NCBI GenBank assembly: GCA_028826165.1
Contig: JAPDFW010000103.1
Span: forward strand, 930,001 to 994,000
Direction of reading: 5' to 3'
DNA: 64,000 bases
From: Anaeramoeba ignava BMAN
Taxonomy: Eukaryota > Protista > Anaeramoebae
Both the position numbers and the translations under genes were made by a program. Shown here piece after piece: positions 28,512 to 42,120 of this stretch (its first letter is position 1; each line of letters begins with the position of its first letter). Under the pieces are notes generated by a model that saw only the letters and a list, made by a program, of their open reading frames with translations, made no database searches and was not told the DNA's origin.

Positions 28512-30578
28512 ATGGACAACATATTAGTTGTAGATTTTGGGTCTTACCGAGTAAAAGCTGGGTTTTCATCACAAGACGAGCCAATTTTAATGGCGCCGTC
28601 TATGGTAGGAACATATCAGTTTCCCAACGCATTGACAGGAAAAATGAACAAAGATACAAAAGTAATTGGAAGATCAATTGAAGATCAATTACCATTAATT
28701 CAATTAGATTATCCATTGAAATCAACTGAAGATGAAACAGTTGGGATTCAATGGGAATTTTATGAGGATATTTGGAATTATTTATTGAATGGATTCGATA
28801 TTGATATTTCAAGTGAAATTGTTTTTAATGCAAAAATTCATGGATTGCCAATGAAAAGTGAAATGAAAATTATGGAATTATTATTTGAAAAATTTGGAAT
28901 ACTTGGATATGGATGTGCTTTACAAACAATTGGACTAATGATATCAACAGGCAAATTCAGCGGTACAGCCGTTGATATTGGTCATTCAAGCACAAGAATT
29001 ATTCCGTTTTTTAAAGGAACCATTTTGGAGCCTTCTGTTGCAACTATTAATATTGGTGGAAAGCATTTGACCGAGTATCTCGGTCGTGTTTTGATTGAGG
29101 ATGGCAAGTTTTTTCAAACTCAAGATGGCATGTTTGTTGTGAATCAAATGAAGGAAAAATGTGCTTTTGCAAATCCTTTGGTTGGTGTTTCTGATCTTAG
29201 ACAATTTGTTACTAATTTTCATAAAAATCAAAATGATAATGAAAATATTAGTATTGATGATAATATTGATTCTTTTTTAGACCAGCAATCTATTGCTGAT
29301 ACAATTGAGACTTTAGATGTTTGTTTTCTTTATATTTAATTTACGAACTAAAAATTTATTTATAAAATTAAATCAAAATTCATTTTAAAATTAAAATTCA
29401 TTTATAAAATTAAAATTCATTTATAAAATTAAAATTTAAAATTCATTTATAAAATTAAAATTAAAATTAAAATTCATTTATAAAATTAAAATTCATTTAT
29501 AAAATCAAAATTAAATTTAAAATTAAAATTAAAATTAAATTTAATATTCAAATTAAAATTAAAATTAAAATTCAAATTAAAATTCATTTATAAAATTAAA
29601 ATTCATTTATAAAATCAAAATCAAAATCAAAATTAAAATTAAAATCAAAATTAAAATTAAAATTAATATTCAAATTAAAATTAAAATCAAAAAATTTATA
29701 AAATTAAAATTAAAATTTTAAAATTAAAAATTATAAAATTAATATCAAAATTCATTTAAAATTAAAATTAAAAATTCATTTATAAAATTAAAATCAAAAT
29801 TAAAATTAAATTAAAATTAAAATTAAAATCAAAATTAAAATTATCAAAATTCATTTATAAAATTAAAATCAAAATTCATTTATAAAATTAAAATCAAAAT
29901 TAAAATTAAAATTAAAATTAAAATTAAAATTAAAATTAAAATTAAAATTAAATTTAAAATTCATTTATAAAATTAAAATTAAATTTAAAATTAAAATTAA
30001 AATTCATTTATAAAATTAAAATTCATTTAAAATCAAAATCAAAATTAAAATTAAAATTTATTATTAAAATTTATAAAATTAAAAATTCAAAAAATTCATT
30101 TATAAAATTAAAATTAATTCATAAAATTAATAATTGGCAGGGTTTAGATCCATATGATTTTGATATGCCAGACGGAGGAAAAACACGATTAGATGCACAC
30201 CGATATCAATGTGTAGAACCATTATTTCAACCCAACATAGCAGGAGTATATCAACAAGGAATACACTCAGCAATAATAAAATCAATTAAATCAAGTGATT
30301 TAAATGTAAGAAAAGAATTATATGGAGGAATAATGATGTACGGCTCAACAAGTTCAATTCCATTTCTTCAAGATAGAATGCTCGCTGAACTTCAAAAAAT
30401 TGCTGATCCTGGTGTTAAAATTTCTTTTGTTCCAAATATTAAAAAGGATTACGCTGTTTGGCAAGGTCTTGCTAATTTGGCTTCAAATGCTCAAACTTCT
30501 AGTATCGTCTTGAAAACTGATTTTGAAGAAGATGGCGCTGAATCTCTTAAATCAAAAATAATTAATTCTATGCTTTAA
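28512..30578 (+). CDS. Divergent actin-like / actin-related protein (2 exons)
   Basis: VVDFGSYRVKAGF, AVDIGHSSTRIIP, IGGKHLTEYL, MKEKCAF, MPDGGK..RYQCVEPLFQP, DLNVRKELYGGI, YAVWQG; intron ~29319-30141. Confidence 0.9.
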
Positions 30579-30734
30579 TTTTTTTTTTTTTTGTTCCACT
30601 TTTTTTTAGGAAGAAAAAAATTTTTTTTTTTAGGAACAAATTTTTTTACTTTTTTAAAATTTCAAATCAAAAACAAAATTAACAGAAAAAAAAAAACAAA
30701 AACTTCTTTTCAATTTTTTTCTTTGCTTTTAAAT

Positions 30735-32082
30735 TCAAATCCTTTTTCCATTTCTTTTCATCTTCTTTTTCTTTTTTTTCTCGTTTATTTTTGGTTTTTT
30801 TTTTCTTTGATTTTCTTTTTCACTCTTTCTTTTCTTTTTCTTCTTTTTTTTCTTTTCATGAACCCTTTTTTTCGAAGTTGTGTTAGAAATCTTCTTCTTC
30901 TTTTCTTCTTCAATAATTTTTTCTGCTGATTTACTATCTTCAATATCCATTGGAGAGATATAAGGTTGATTCAAAGATTCACTTTTTGGATCAGAGTCTT
31001 CATCAGATTCAAAATCATCTGGTGAATGATATTCATCAGAAACAATCAAGTTTGTTTTATTGGGAGTTTTTTCCTCTTGCAAATTACTATCAATATTTTC
31101 TTTATCAACTATATATTCTGGAAAATTATTCCCATTTTTTTCATCTGTTGGAAAAATTATTCGTTGAGAATTTGTTTTTGGACTATAAAATTCCCCAATA
31201 TTTATTGTTGAATTATTTGGGTTTACACTTTTCACTTGATTTTCTAATATTTTTTCTTTTGATTCTGATAAATTTTCCTCATGTTTTTTTATATTTGATT
31301 TTGCTTCAATTTTTGGTATTTTTTCTTTCATTTCAATTTTTTCTTCTTCTAAACTCGAAATTATATTTTTTATTTCCACATTTTCATCCTGAATTTCATT
31401 AGTATTATTTTCGTGAATATTTTCTTGATATAAATCCATTCCATTATTGCTATTTTGCTGATAAGAAGTATTCACATTTTGAGTTTCATCATTTTCTTCA
31501 TCATTTTCTTTTAAGTTATTAACCGTTGTATTTGACGATATTTGATTTGCATTCTCCTCAATTTTTGTTTTTATGAACTTTTTCTTGTGTGAAGTCTGAG
31601 AAGATGTGCTTTTTTTCTTCATTTTTTTTGGGCTTCCAAAAATTGAGGAAAAAAAAGAAAAAAGATTTTTTGTAAAATTAATTGATTTTTTTGCCATTTG
31701 GAAGAAGAAAAAAATCCAATCGATTGTTTGCAAAAAGTTCATAAGAAAATTTCTCAAATATTTAGCAGCGCCAAATTTCTAAATTTATAGAAGGAAAAAT
31801 GAGGGAAATTATAAAATGAAAAAAATATATTTGCAAATGATTTACAGTAAGAAGAAAAAGTAAAAAAAGATTTCCAATAATTAAAATAAATTCATAAAAA
31901 GGAATAAAGCTTGAAATTGTTTGATCTAAAATTCTTATAAATATTAAATAAAGAGAAAAAAAGATCCAAAAAATTAACGTTCTTTCAAAAAATTCTTTTT
32001 TGGGATTTTTTTCTTTTCCATTAATTGTATAAAAGAATGGAATTAAAAAACCAAAAATAAAAAAGAATAAATGAGAAATCAT
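30735..32082 (-). CDS. TB2/DP1/HVA22 (REEP/Yop1)-like membrane domain plus long acidic/basic low-complexity tail
   Basis: FFFIFGFLIPFFYT...LIFWIFFSLY...SSFIPFYEFI hydrophobic pattern; joins ORF 30735-31757 through a probable frameshift ~31760-31790. Confidence 0.55.
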
Positions 32083-32483
32083 GATTATTTTTATCAAAAC
32101 GAAAAAAAATGAAAAAAGAAAAAAATGAAAAAATTTTGATTTTGATTTTGATTTTGATTTTGAATTTGATTTTGATTTTAATTTGATTTTTGAATTTAAT
32201 ATTGATTTTAAATTTTGATTTTAATTTGATTTTTGATTTGATTTTTGATTTTGATTTCGATTTTAATTTTGATTTTATAAATGAATTTTGATTTTGATTT
32301 TGATTTTAATTTTGATTTTAATTTTAAATTTGATTTTGATTTTAATTTTGATTTTGGATTTGATTTTGATTTTGATTTTTAATTTTAATTTTAATTTTAA
32401 TTTTAATTTTGATTTTAATTTTGATTTTGATTTTGATTTTAAATTTTGATTTGGATTTTAAATTTAAATTTTAATTTTGGATT

Positions 32484-35400
32484 TTATAAATCTTCTTTAA
32501 AATCTTTTCTATCTTCTTTTTGAGTAAATTCTTTAATTCCATTTTCTTTTGCAAATTCAATAAAATTCTCAAATGAAAATTCTTTTTGAAAAATGATATT
32601 TTTTGATTTATCTTTTGGAATTAAAATTAATTGAGGAATTTCTGAAAATTCTAAATCTTGTGAAAAATCATTTAAAGCAAGATTAAATTCTGCAACAAGA
32701 ACATTTGAATTTTCTTTCATAAAAGAAGCAAATTTCAAATAATCTTGTTCAATTTCTTGAGATATTTCTAAATCAATAAAGAAATAAATTTAATTTAAAA
32801 TAAATATAAAAAAATTTTATTTAAAAAATTACCATCCCAATGTGTATTAAGAAGTAGAAAAATTGTTTTATCTGAATTTGTTATCATTTCATCCCAATTT
32901 TTAAATACTACTTTTTTGACTAATCTATTCTCATTATCAGGAATTTTTTCACTTTTTGTTGAATAAGATGTTTTGTTATTGAAATAACTATTTGATTTAA
33001 ATTTTAATTTTGGATTTGATTTTAATTTTAATTTTAATTTTGATTTTGATTTTGATTTTGATTTTGATTTTAATTTTGATTTTGATTTTGATTTTGATTT
33101 TGATTTTGATTTTGATTTTGATTTTGATTTTGATTTTGATTTTAATTTTGATTTTAATTTTGATTTTAATTTTGATTTTGATTTTGATTTTAATTTTGAT
33201 TTTGATTTTGATTTTGATTTTGATTTTGATTTTTAATTTTAATTTTGATTTTGATTTTGATTTTGATTTTAATTTTAATTTTAATTTTGATTTTAATTTT
33301 AATTTTGGATTTTGATTTTGATTTTTAATTTTGATTTTGATTTTGATTTTGATTTTGATTTTGATTTTGATTTTGATTTTGATTTTTATTTTGATTTTTA
33401 TTTTAATTTTAATTTTAATTTTAATTTTGATTTTGATTTTATTTATAATTTTATTTATATTTTGATTTTGATTTTTGATTTTGATTTTGATTTTGATTTT
33501 GATTTTAATTTTGATTTTGATTTTGATTTTGATTTTGATTTTAATTTTGATTTTGATTTTAATTTTGATTTTGATTTTGATTTTGGATTTGATTTTGGAT
33601 TTGATTTTGATTTTGGATTTGATTTTGATTTTGATTTTGATTTTGATTTTGATTTTGATTTTGATTTTAATTTTGATTTTGATTATAATTTTAATTTTGA
33701 TTTTAATTTTGATTTTGATTTTGATTTTAATTTTAATTTTGATTTTAATTTTAATTTTAATTTTAATTTTAATTATAATTTTAATTTTGATTTTAATTTT
33801 GATTTTGATTTTAATTTTGATTTTGATTTTGATTTTGTATTTTAATTTTAATTGAATTTTGGATTTGATTTTAATTTTAATTTTGATTTTAATTTTAATT
33901 TTAATTTTGATTTTAATTTTGATTTTGATTTTAATTTTGATTTTAATTTTGAATTTGATTTTGATTTTTGAATTTAATTTTGATTTTGATTTTGATTTTG
34001 ATTTTGATTTTGATTTTGATTTTGATTTTGATTTTGATTTTGATTTTGATTTTGATTTTGATTTTGATTTTAATTTTAATTTTCATTTTGATTTTGATTT
34101 TGATTTTGATTTTGATTTTGGATTTGATTTTGAATTTGTATTTTGATTTAAAGTATTACTCCTCAACTGATTGAATAAGATAATTTTCAGAAATTTTATG
34201 ACTTTTAAAACGGATGTATTTATTCTAAAAATAAAAATAAAAATAATTAAAAATTAAAAATTAAATTAAATAAAAATTAAATTTACTTGAATTAAATTTT
34301 CAAGAATAATAAATTTAGGAAATGGAGCATGAATTCCAAATTTTTCAGCAAAACTTTGAACTTTTTCACCATTTACCCAAACAAAATACATTTTTGGATA
34401 AAATTTTTTTGCAACTTCTTTTTCAATTTTAAGATATTCTTCTCGATTTTGATAATCCAAAAATAAAATTCCTAAAGGAGAGACGTATTCTAAATAAAAA
34501 AGGAAATTTGATTCATCAAGTTCTTGAATAAAAGGAATTTGATTTTGATCGAAAAACTAATTGTAAATAAAAAATATATTTTTTATAATTATATTGATTT
34601 TGATTTTAATTTTGATTTTAATTTTGATTTTGATTTTAATTTTGATTTTGATTTTAATTTTGATTTTAATTTTGATTTTTATTTTGATTTTGATTTTGAT
34701 TTTGATTTTGATTTTGATTTTAATTTTGATTTTAATTTTGATTTTGATTTAGATTTTGATTTTAATTTTAATTTTGATTTTGATTTTGATTTTGATTTGA
34801 ATTTTAATTTTAATTTTGATTTTAATTTTGATTTTGATTTTGATTTTAATTTTAATTTTGATTTTGATTTTGATTTTAATTTTAATATTGATTTTGATTT
34901 TGATTTTAATTTTAATATTGATTTTGATTTTGATTTTGATTTTAATATTGATTTTGATTTTGATTTTAATTTTAATTTTGATTTTGATTTTAATTTTAAT
35001 TTTAATTTTAATTTTAATTTTAATTTTTAATTTAAATTTTAATTTTAATTTTGATTTTCATTTTGATTTTAAATTTTGTTTTATACTTCAGATATTAATT
35101 CAACACTTAATGGTTCTAATGGAAGAGATAAAATTTCATTATCTAAATTTCTGAAAAGAAGAAAAACAGGAAGTTGAGTAATATTAAATTCTTTAGCAAT
35201 ATCTGATTCTAAATCAGTAATAGAAACACCAAAAAGCATTGAACTAAAATCAATATGTGGTGCTAAATCTTCAAAAACAGAATGAACTAAATTGAAATTA
35301 ATTAGAAAAATTAATCCAAAAAAATTCTTTTTTAATTTAAATTTTACTTTTTTCATTTCGATCTTGTTCTTTTGGATCTCGTGATAAAATTCCAATTCCA

Positions 35401-36035
35401 ATAAATGGAAATTGAGTTCGAAATTTCTGAATTTGAGGAAGTGAAGTAAGTTTAGAAACTAAAGGAAAATGAAGTCTAATTTTTAAAACAAAATAAAAAA
35501 GAGAATTTAATCCAAAAAAAATTTTTCTTGTTTTGATTTATCAAAATAACTTTGTTAAAAATGCTACTAAATGAGGAGCTTCTGGAGCAAAAAGATAATT
35601 TCGAAGAAATGTTCCAAAAGAAAAAATTTTCAATTCAAGATTTTTTTGAATATCAAATTGATTTTTTAATTTTCGATTTTGACTAATATCAACTGCACAA
35701 ATAACAATATCAGGTAACATCGTTATTATTTCTGCAGTTTTTTTTAATTCAGGAAAAAACTAATCATTTGAAGAAAAAAAAAATTTTTTTTTTCCAATTA
35801 AAATTTTTTTGCTTTTTTTTTTCATTTTAAATTTTATTATTTTAATTTTTTTTTTTACTCTTTTCCATTCAATTGAATTTGGTTCATAAAATACCACTAA
35901 TGAATATTTTTTTTCTGTTAAAATTTCTTCAAAATTCTTATTATTTAAAAATTTTATATTTTCAGTTGTTTCTTCTTCACAAAAAACAAAAGAAATGGTG
36001 AAAGTGAATAAAATTAATAAAATAAAATGATTCAT
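32484..36035 (-). CDS. Protein disulfide isomerase-like ER protein (multiple thioredoxin-like domains), apparently lacking CxxC
   Basis: Signal peptide; FLNNKNFEEIL..YSLVVFYEP; VICAVDI; IAKEFNITQLPVFLLFR; FVWVNG..FAEKFGI; VKKVVFKNWDEMI; C-terminal KEDL*. Confidence 0.8.
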
Positions 36036-36103
36036 TTTTGAAAGAAAAAAAATGAAAAAAAAAAAAATTAAAAATTAAAATTCATTTTTTTCATTTTTTA
36101 AAA
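36036..36103. promoter_or_regulatory. 68-bp divergent promoter with TCATTTT initiator-like motifs on both strands
   Basis: aaaatgaaaaaa (minus-strand TTTCATTTT) near the PDI ATG and ttcatttttttcatttttt near the RCC1-BTB ATG; the same motif precedes most ATGs in the window. Confidence 0.55.
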
Positions 36104-37856
36104 ATGAATGAAATTATATTTTTTGGTTTAAATTATTATCCAAAACTTTTCGAAAATAAAACAAATTCAATAAAAAAACCAATTCAATTTAAATTTGAAA
36201 ATGAAAATGAAAAACAAATTAAACAAATCTCATCATCAACTTTTTCAACAATTTTCCTTTTTAAAAATGGAAAAGCAATAGAAATGAAAATGATTCAAAT
36301 CAAAATCCCGAAAAAATCCAAATTGAAGAAAATATTCAAAAAGTATCTGTTGGTTATCAAAATGAAGCTATTTTAACAAAAGAAGGAAATGTATTTGCAA
36401 AAGGATATAATATTAATTCAAAAAATCCAAAAGAATTTATCAATATTTCATCATTAATTGAAGATACAAATGATAGAATAATTCAAGATGTTGTTTCTAG
36501 GGGAAGTGTAATTTACTTATTAACTTCAAATCAAAATGCTTATGGAATTGGTGCTAATTATGATGGTCAACTTGGTTTTGATTCTGAAACACTTCCAAAA
36601 ACAAAAAAACCAATTTTAATGATGAAAAATGTTTCTAAAATATTTTCAGGAAGTTCTTCAAATCATGTTTTTCTTTTAAATTCAAATCAAGAATTATTTG
36701 GATGCGGTTGGAATGAATATGGCCAACTTGGATTAAGAAAATTAATAAACCAAATAAGTATCAAAAAATTAACACAAATCCAAAATATTCCAAAAGGCAA
36801 AATAATTGATATTCAAAGTGGAAGTATGTATTCAGTAATGCTGATTGAAAATCAAAATGAAAATCCAAAAAGAAAACTTTATTCATGTGGATATTATCAA
36901 TATAATGGACTTGGCAAAGATGGAGATACTTATGAATTTACTGAAATCAAATCATCTTTATTTGAAAATGATGATAATATTCTTGATTTTTCTGTTGGAA
37001 ATGAACATACTTTGATTTTAACAGAAAAAGGTAAAATGATAGGTTTTGGGAATAATAATTCTGGTCAATTAGGAACTGGAGATATAAAAAGGCAATCAAT
37101 TCCAACTCAAATTGAACTTCCTAAATTAAGATTTAATGAAAATATTTCTAATTATCATGTTTCTTGTGGATATCGAAAATCATTTCTTTATTATTCTCCT
37201 TTTCTTTTTCCAATCTTGAAGAAGATTTGATAAAATTATTTAGAAGAAAAGAATTTTGTGATATTTCATTTAAAACAGAAAATGGAGAAATAATCTCAGC
37301 TCATAAATTAATATTAAAATATAGATTAAATCAAAATAAAAATCAAAATCAAAAACTTCAAGAAATTATTTCAAAAAAATCAATTAAAGAATCAAATCAA
37401 ATATTTGAAATGATTTATTCAAATAATTCCAATATAAATCCAATATTATATTCTAAAATTAAAGAAATTATAAATTCCAATGAAAAAATTGAAGAAGCAA
37501 TTAAAAGAATTTATTTAAATGAAAATGAAAATGAAAAAGATTTTATAATTGAAAGAAAAGAAAAACAATATAAATTTCCTAAATTAATATTAATAATGAG
37601 AAGTGAATTATATCGAGGAATGTTTTTATCTGTAACAGAAGATACTTCTAATAAAGTTACAGATTATAGTGAATTAAGTAATAAATCATTCCAAATATTA
37701 GAATATTGGATTTATTCAAATCAAATTAAAGAAGATATTCAAATTACACAAGAAATTATTGATGAACTTCAAATTGGAATAGGTTATTTTCAATTAAATC
37801 AAACAAATCCAAATTTATTTGATTTATTAATTAACAAATTTAATAATCAAAATTAA
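36104..37856 (+). pseudogene. RCC1-repeat + BTB protein, copy 1; frameshifted (~36280, ~37205)
   Basis: GWNEYGQLG and GNNNSGQLGTG RCC1 repeats; FCDISF..ISAHKLIL BTB. The ~36280 lesion is a multi-base deletion relative to paralogs, so it is not a simple homopolymer slip; pseudogene status uncertain. Confidence 0.6.
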
Positions 37857-38074
37857 AATTAAAATTAAAATCAAAATTAAAATTAAAATTAAAATTAAAA
37901 TTAAAATTAAAATTAAAATTAAAATTAAAATTAAAATCAAAATTAAAATTAAAATTAAAATTAAAATTAAAATTAAAATTAAAATTAAAATTAAAATTAA
38001 AATAAAAATAAAAATTAATATTAAAATTAAAATTTTTTCATTTTTCATTTTTTCATTTTTTTCATTTTTTAAAA

Positions 38075-39879
38075 ATGAATGATTGTTTATTTTTTGGTGA
38101 AAATGAAAATCCAATTCTTTTCCAAAATGAATTATTTGAAATAACAAAACCAATTCAATTTAAATTTGAAAATGAAAATGAAAATGAAAATGAAAAACAA
38201 ATTAAACGAATCTCATCATCAACTTTTTCAACAATTTTCCTTTTTAAAAACGGAAAAGCAATAGAATATCTAAATAAAGCAGTAGAATATTTAAATGAAA
38301 ATGATTCAAATCAAAATCCTCAAAAAATCCAAATTGAAGAAAATATTCAAAAAGTATCTGTTGGTTATCAAAATGAAGCTATTTTAACAAAAGAAGGAAA
38401 TGTATTTGCAAAAGGATATAATATTAATTCAAAAATCCAAAAGAATTTATCAATATTTCATCATTAATTGAAGATACAAATGATAGAATAATTCAAGATG
38501 TTGTTTCTAGGGGAAGTGTAGTTTACTTATTAACTTCAAATCAAAATGCTTATGGAATTGGTTCAAATGCTTGGGGTCAACTTGGATTTGATTATAAAAC
38601 ACTGAATAAAACAGAAAAACCAATTTTAATGATGAAAAATGTTTCTAAAATATTTTCAGGAAATACTTCAAATCACGTTTTTCTTTTAAATTCAAATCAA
38701 GAATTATTTGGATGCGGTTGGAATGAATATGGCCAACTTGGATTAAGAAAATTAATAAACCAAATAAGTATCAAAAAATTAACACAAATCCAAAATATTC
38801 CAAAAGGCAAAATAATTGATATTCAAAGTGGAAGTATGCATTCAGTAATGTTGATTGAAAATGAAAATGAAAATCCAAAAAGAAAACTTTATTCATGTGG
38901 ATATTATCAATATAATGGACTTGGCAAAGATGGTCGTGAAGATACTTATGAATTTACTGAAATCAAATCATCTTTATTTGAAAATGATGATAATATTCTT
39001 GATTTTTCTGTTGGAAATCACCATACTTTGATTTTAACAGAAAAAGGTAAAATGATAGGATTTGGACAGAATTTATTTGGTGAACTCGGATTTGGAGATA
39101 TAAAAAGGCAATCAATTCCAATTCAAATTGAACTTCCTAAATTAAGATTTAATGAAAATATTTCTAATTATCATGTTTCTTGTGGATATCGAAAATCATT
39201 TCTTTATTATTCTCCTTTTCTTTCTTCTTTTTCTAATCTTGAAGAAGATTTGATAAAACTATTTAGAAGAAAAGAATTTTGCAATATTTCATTTAAAACA
39301 GGAAATGGAGAAATAATCTCAGCTCATAAATTAATATTGAAATATAGATTAAATCAAAATCAAAATCAAATTGAAAATGAAAATGAAAAACTTCAAGAAA
39401 TTATTTCAAAAAAATCAATTAAAGAATCAAATCAAATATTTGAAATGATTTATTCAAACAATTCCAATATAAATCCAATATTATATTCAGAAATTAAAGA
39501 AATTATAAATTCAAATGAAAAAATTGAAGAAACAATGAAAAGAATTTATTTAAATGAAAATGAAAAAGATTTTATTATTGAAAGAAAAGAAAAACAATAT
39601 AAATTTCCAAAATTAATATTAATAATGAGAAGTGAATTATATCGAGGAATGTTTTTATCTGTAACAAATGATAAATCTAATAAAGTTACAGATTATAGTG
39701 AATTAAGTAATAAATCATTTCAAATATTTGAATATTGGATTTATTCAAATCAAATTAAAGAAGAAATTGAAATTACACAAGAAATTATTGATGAACTTGA
39801 AATAGGAATTGATTATTTTCAATTAAATCAAACAAATCCAAATTTATTTGATTTATTAATTAACAAATTTAAAAATTAA
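38075..39879 (+). CDS. RCC1-repeat + BTB protein, copy 2
   Basis: ORFs 38075-38467 and 38629-39879 joined by a one-base A-run frameshift ~38432 (likely sequencing error); same motifs as paralogs. Confidence 0.85.
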
Positions 39880-40106
39880 AATTAAAATTAAAATTAAAAT
39901 TAAAATTAAAATTAAAAATTAAAATTAAAATTAAAATCAAAATTAAAATTAAAATTAAAATTAAAATTAAAATTAAAATTAAAAATTAAAATTAAGTTTA
40001 GACTGCGAAGTTATGTAAGAATTCATTGAGATTTTCATTTTAAATTTAATTAAAATTAAAAATTAAAATTAAAAAATAAATTTTTCATTTTTTTTCATTT
40101 TTAAAA

Positions 40107-41852
40107 ATGAATGAAATTATATTTTTTGGTCAAAATAATAACCCAAAACTTTTCGAAAATGAAACAGATAAAATAACAAAACCAATTCAATTTAAATTTG
40201 AAAATGAAAATGAAAATGAAAAACAAATTAAACAAATTTCATCATCAACTTTTTCAACAATTTTCCTTTTTGAAAATGGAAAAGCAATAGAATATTTAAA
40301 TGAAAATTATTCAAAGCAAAATCTTCAAAAAATCCAAATTGAAAAAAATATTCAAAAAATAACTGTTGGTTGGCAAAATGAAGCTATTTTAACAATAGAA
40401 GGAAATGTATTTGCCAAAGGGTTAAATATTGATTCAGAAAACCCAAATAAATTTATCAATATTTCATCATTAATTGAAGATACAAATGATAGAATAATTG
40501 AAGATATTGTTTCTGGAGCTCAATCAATTTACTTATTAACTTCAAATCAAAATGTTTATGGAATTGGTGATAATTTTAATCATCAACTTGGAGTTGATTC
40601 TGAAACACTTGATAAAACAAAAAAACCAATTTTAATGATGAAAAATGTTTCTAAAATATTTTCAGGAAATATATCTTATCATGTTTTTCTTTTAAATTCA
40701 AATCAAGAATTATTTGTATGCGGATTCAATCAATGGGGCCAACTTGGATTAGGAGAATCAAGAAAAGAAGAATCAAAAATCTATAAATTAACTCAAATAC
40801 AAAATATTCCAAAAGGCAAAATAATTGATGTTCAATGTGGACTTTTTTATTCAATAATTTTGATTGAAAATGAAGAAGCAAAAAGAAAAGTTTATTCATG
40901 TGGAAATTATCAATATAATGGACTTGGAAAAAATGAAAATACTTATGAATTTACTGAAATCAAATCATCTTTATTTGAAAATGATTATATTCTTAAAATT
41001 TTTTGTGGAAATAGACATACTTTTATTTTAACTTCCAATTCAAAATTAATAGGATTTGGAGCTAATTTTTATGGTCAATTAGGAACTGGAAATACGAAAG
41101 ATCAAACAATTCCAATTCAAATTGAACTTCCTAAATTAAGATTTAATGAAAATATTTCTAATTATCATGTTTCTTGTGGAGATTCCAAATCATTTCTTTA
41201 TTATTCTCCTTTTCTTTCTCCTTTCTCCAATCTTGAAGAAGATTTGATAAAATTATTTAGAAGAAAAGAGTTTTGTGATATTTCATTTAAAACAGAAAAT
41301 GGAGAAATAATTGAAGCTCATAAATTAATATTGAAATACAGATTAAATCAAAATCAAATTGAAAAACTTAAAGAAATTATTTCAAAAAAATCAATAAAAG
41401 AATCAAATCAAATATTTGAAATGATTTATTCAAACAGAATTATAAATCCAAAATTATATTCCGAAATTAAAGAAATTATAAATTCAAATGAAAAAATTGA
41501 AGAAACAATTAAAAGAATTTATTTAAATGAAAATGAAAAAGATTTTATTATTGAAAGAAAAGAAAAACAATATAAATTTCCTAAATTAATATTAATAATG
41601 AGAAGTGAATTATATCGAGGAATGTTTTTATCTGTAACAAATGATACTTCTAATAAAGTTAGAGATTATAGTGAATTAAGTAATAAATCATTTCAAATAT
41701 TTGAATATTGGATTTATTCAAATCAAATCAAAAAAGGAATTAAAATTACACAAGAAATCATCAATGAAATTAAAATTGGAATTGATTATTTTCAATTAAA
41801 TCAAACATATCCAAATTTATTTGATTTATTAATTAACAAATTTAATAATTAA
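40107..41852 (+). CDS. RCC1-repeat + BTB protein, copy 3 (intact, 581 aa)
   Basis: GDNFNHQLG, GFNQWGQLG, GANFYGQLGTG repeats; BTB FCDISF..EAHKLIL; second BTB-like LILIMRSELYRGMF. Confidence 0.92.
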   Translation: MNEIIFFGQNNNPKLFENETDKITKPIQFKFENENENEKQIKQISSSTFSTIFLFENGKAIEYLNENYSKQNLQKIQIEKNIQKITVGWQNEAILTIEGNVFAKGLNIDSENPNKFINISSLIEDTNDRIIEDIVSGAQSIYLLTSNQNVYGIGDNFNHQLGVDSETLDKTKKPILMMKNVSKIFSGNISYHVFLLNSNQELFVCGFNQWGQLGLGESRKEESKIYKLTQIQNIPKGKIIDVQCGLFYSIILIENEEAKRKVYSCGNYQYNGLGKNENTYEFTEIKSSLFENDYILKIFCGNRHTFILTSNSKLIGFGANFYGQLGTGNTKDQTIPIQIELPKLRFNENISNYHVSCGDSKSFLYYSPFLSPFSNLEEDLIKLFRRKEFCDISFKTENGEIIEAHKLILKYRLNQNQIEKLKEIISKKSIKESNQIFEMIYSNRIINPKLYSEIKEIINSNEKIEETIKRIYLNENEKDFIIERKEKQYKFPKLILIMRSELYRGMFLSVTNDTSNKVRDYSELSNKSFQIFEYWIYSNQIKKGIKITQEIINEIKIGIDYFQLNQTYPNLFDLLINKFNN

Positions 41853-42120
41853 AATTAAAATTAAAATTAAAATCAAAATTAAAATTAAAATTAAAATCAA
41901 AATTAAAATTAAAATTAAAATTAAATCAAAATTAAAATTAAAATTAAAAATTAAAATTAAAATCAAAATTAAAATTAAATCAAACAAATTCAAATTTATT
42001 TGATTTATTAATTATGAAATTTAATAATAAAAAAGGAAAAAAAATAATAAAAAAGGGAAAAAATAAGTTTTTAAACAAAATTGAGAAAATAAATTGTTTT
42101 CATTTTTTGTTTTTTCAAAA

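Noticed and set aside
33010-35154. ORFs of poly-IL, FD, NL or KI (also at 1703-2087, 2992-3695, 12029-12256, 37827-38153)
   Set aside because: These are translations of intronic, intergenic or antisense hexamer microsatellites, not genes.
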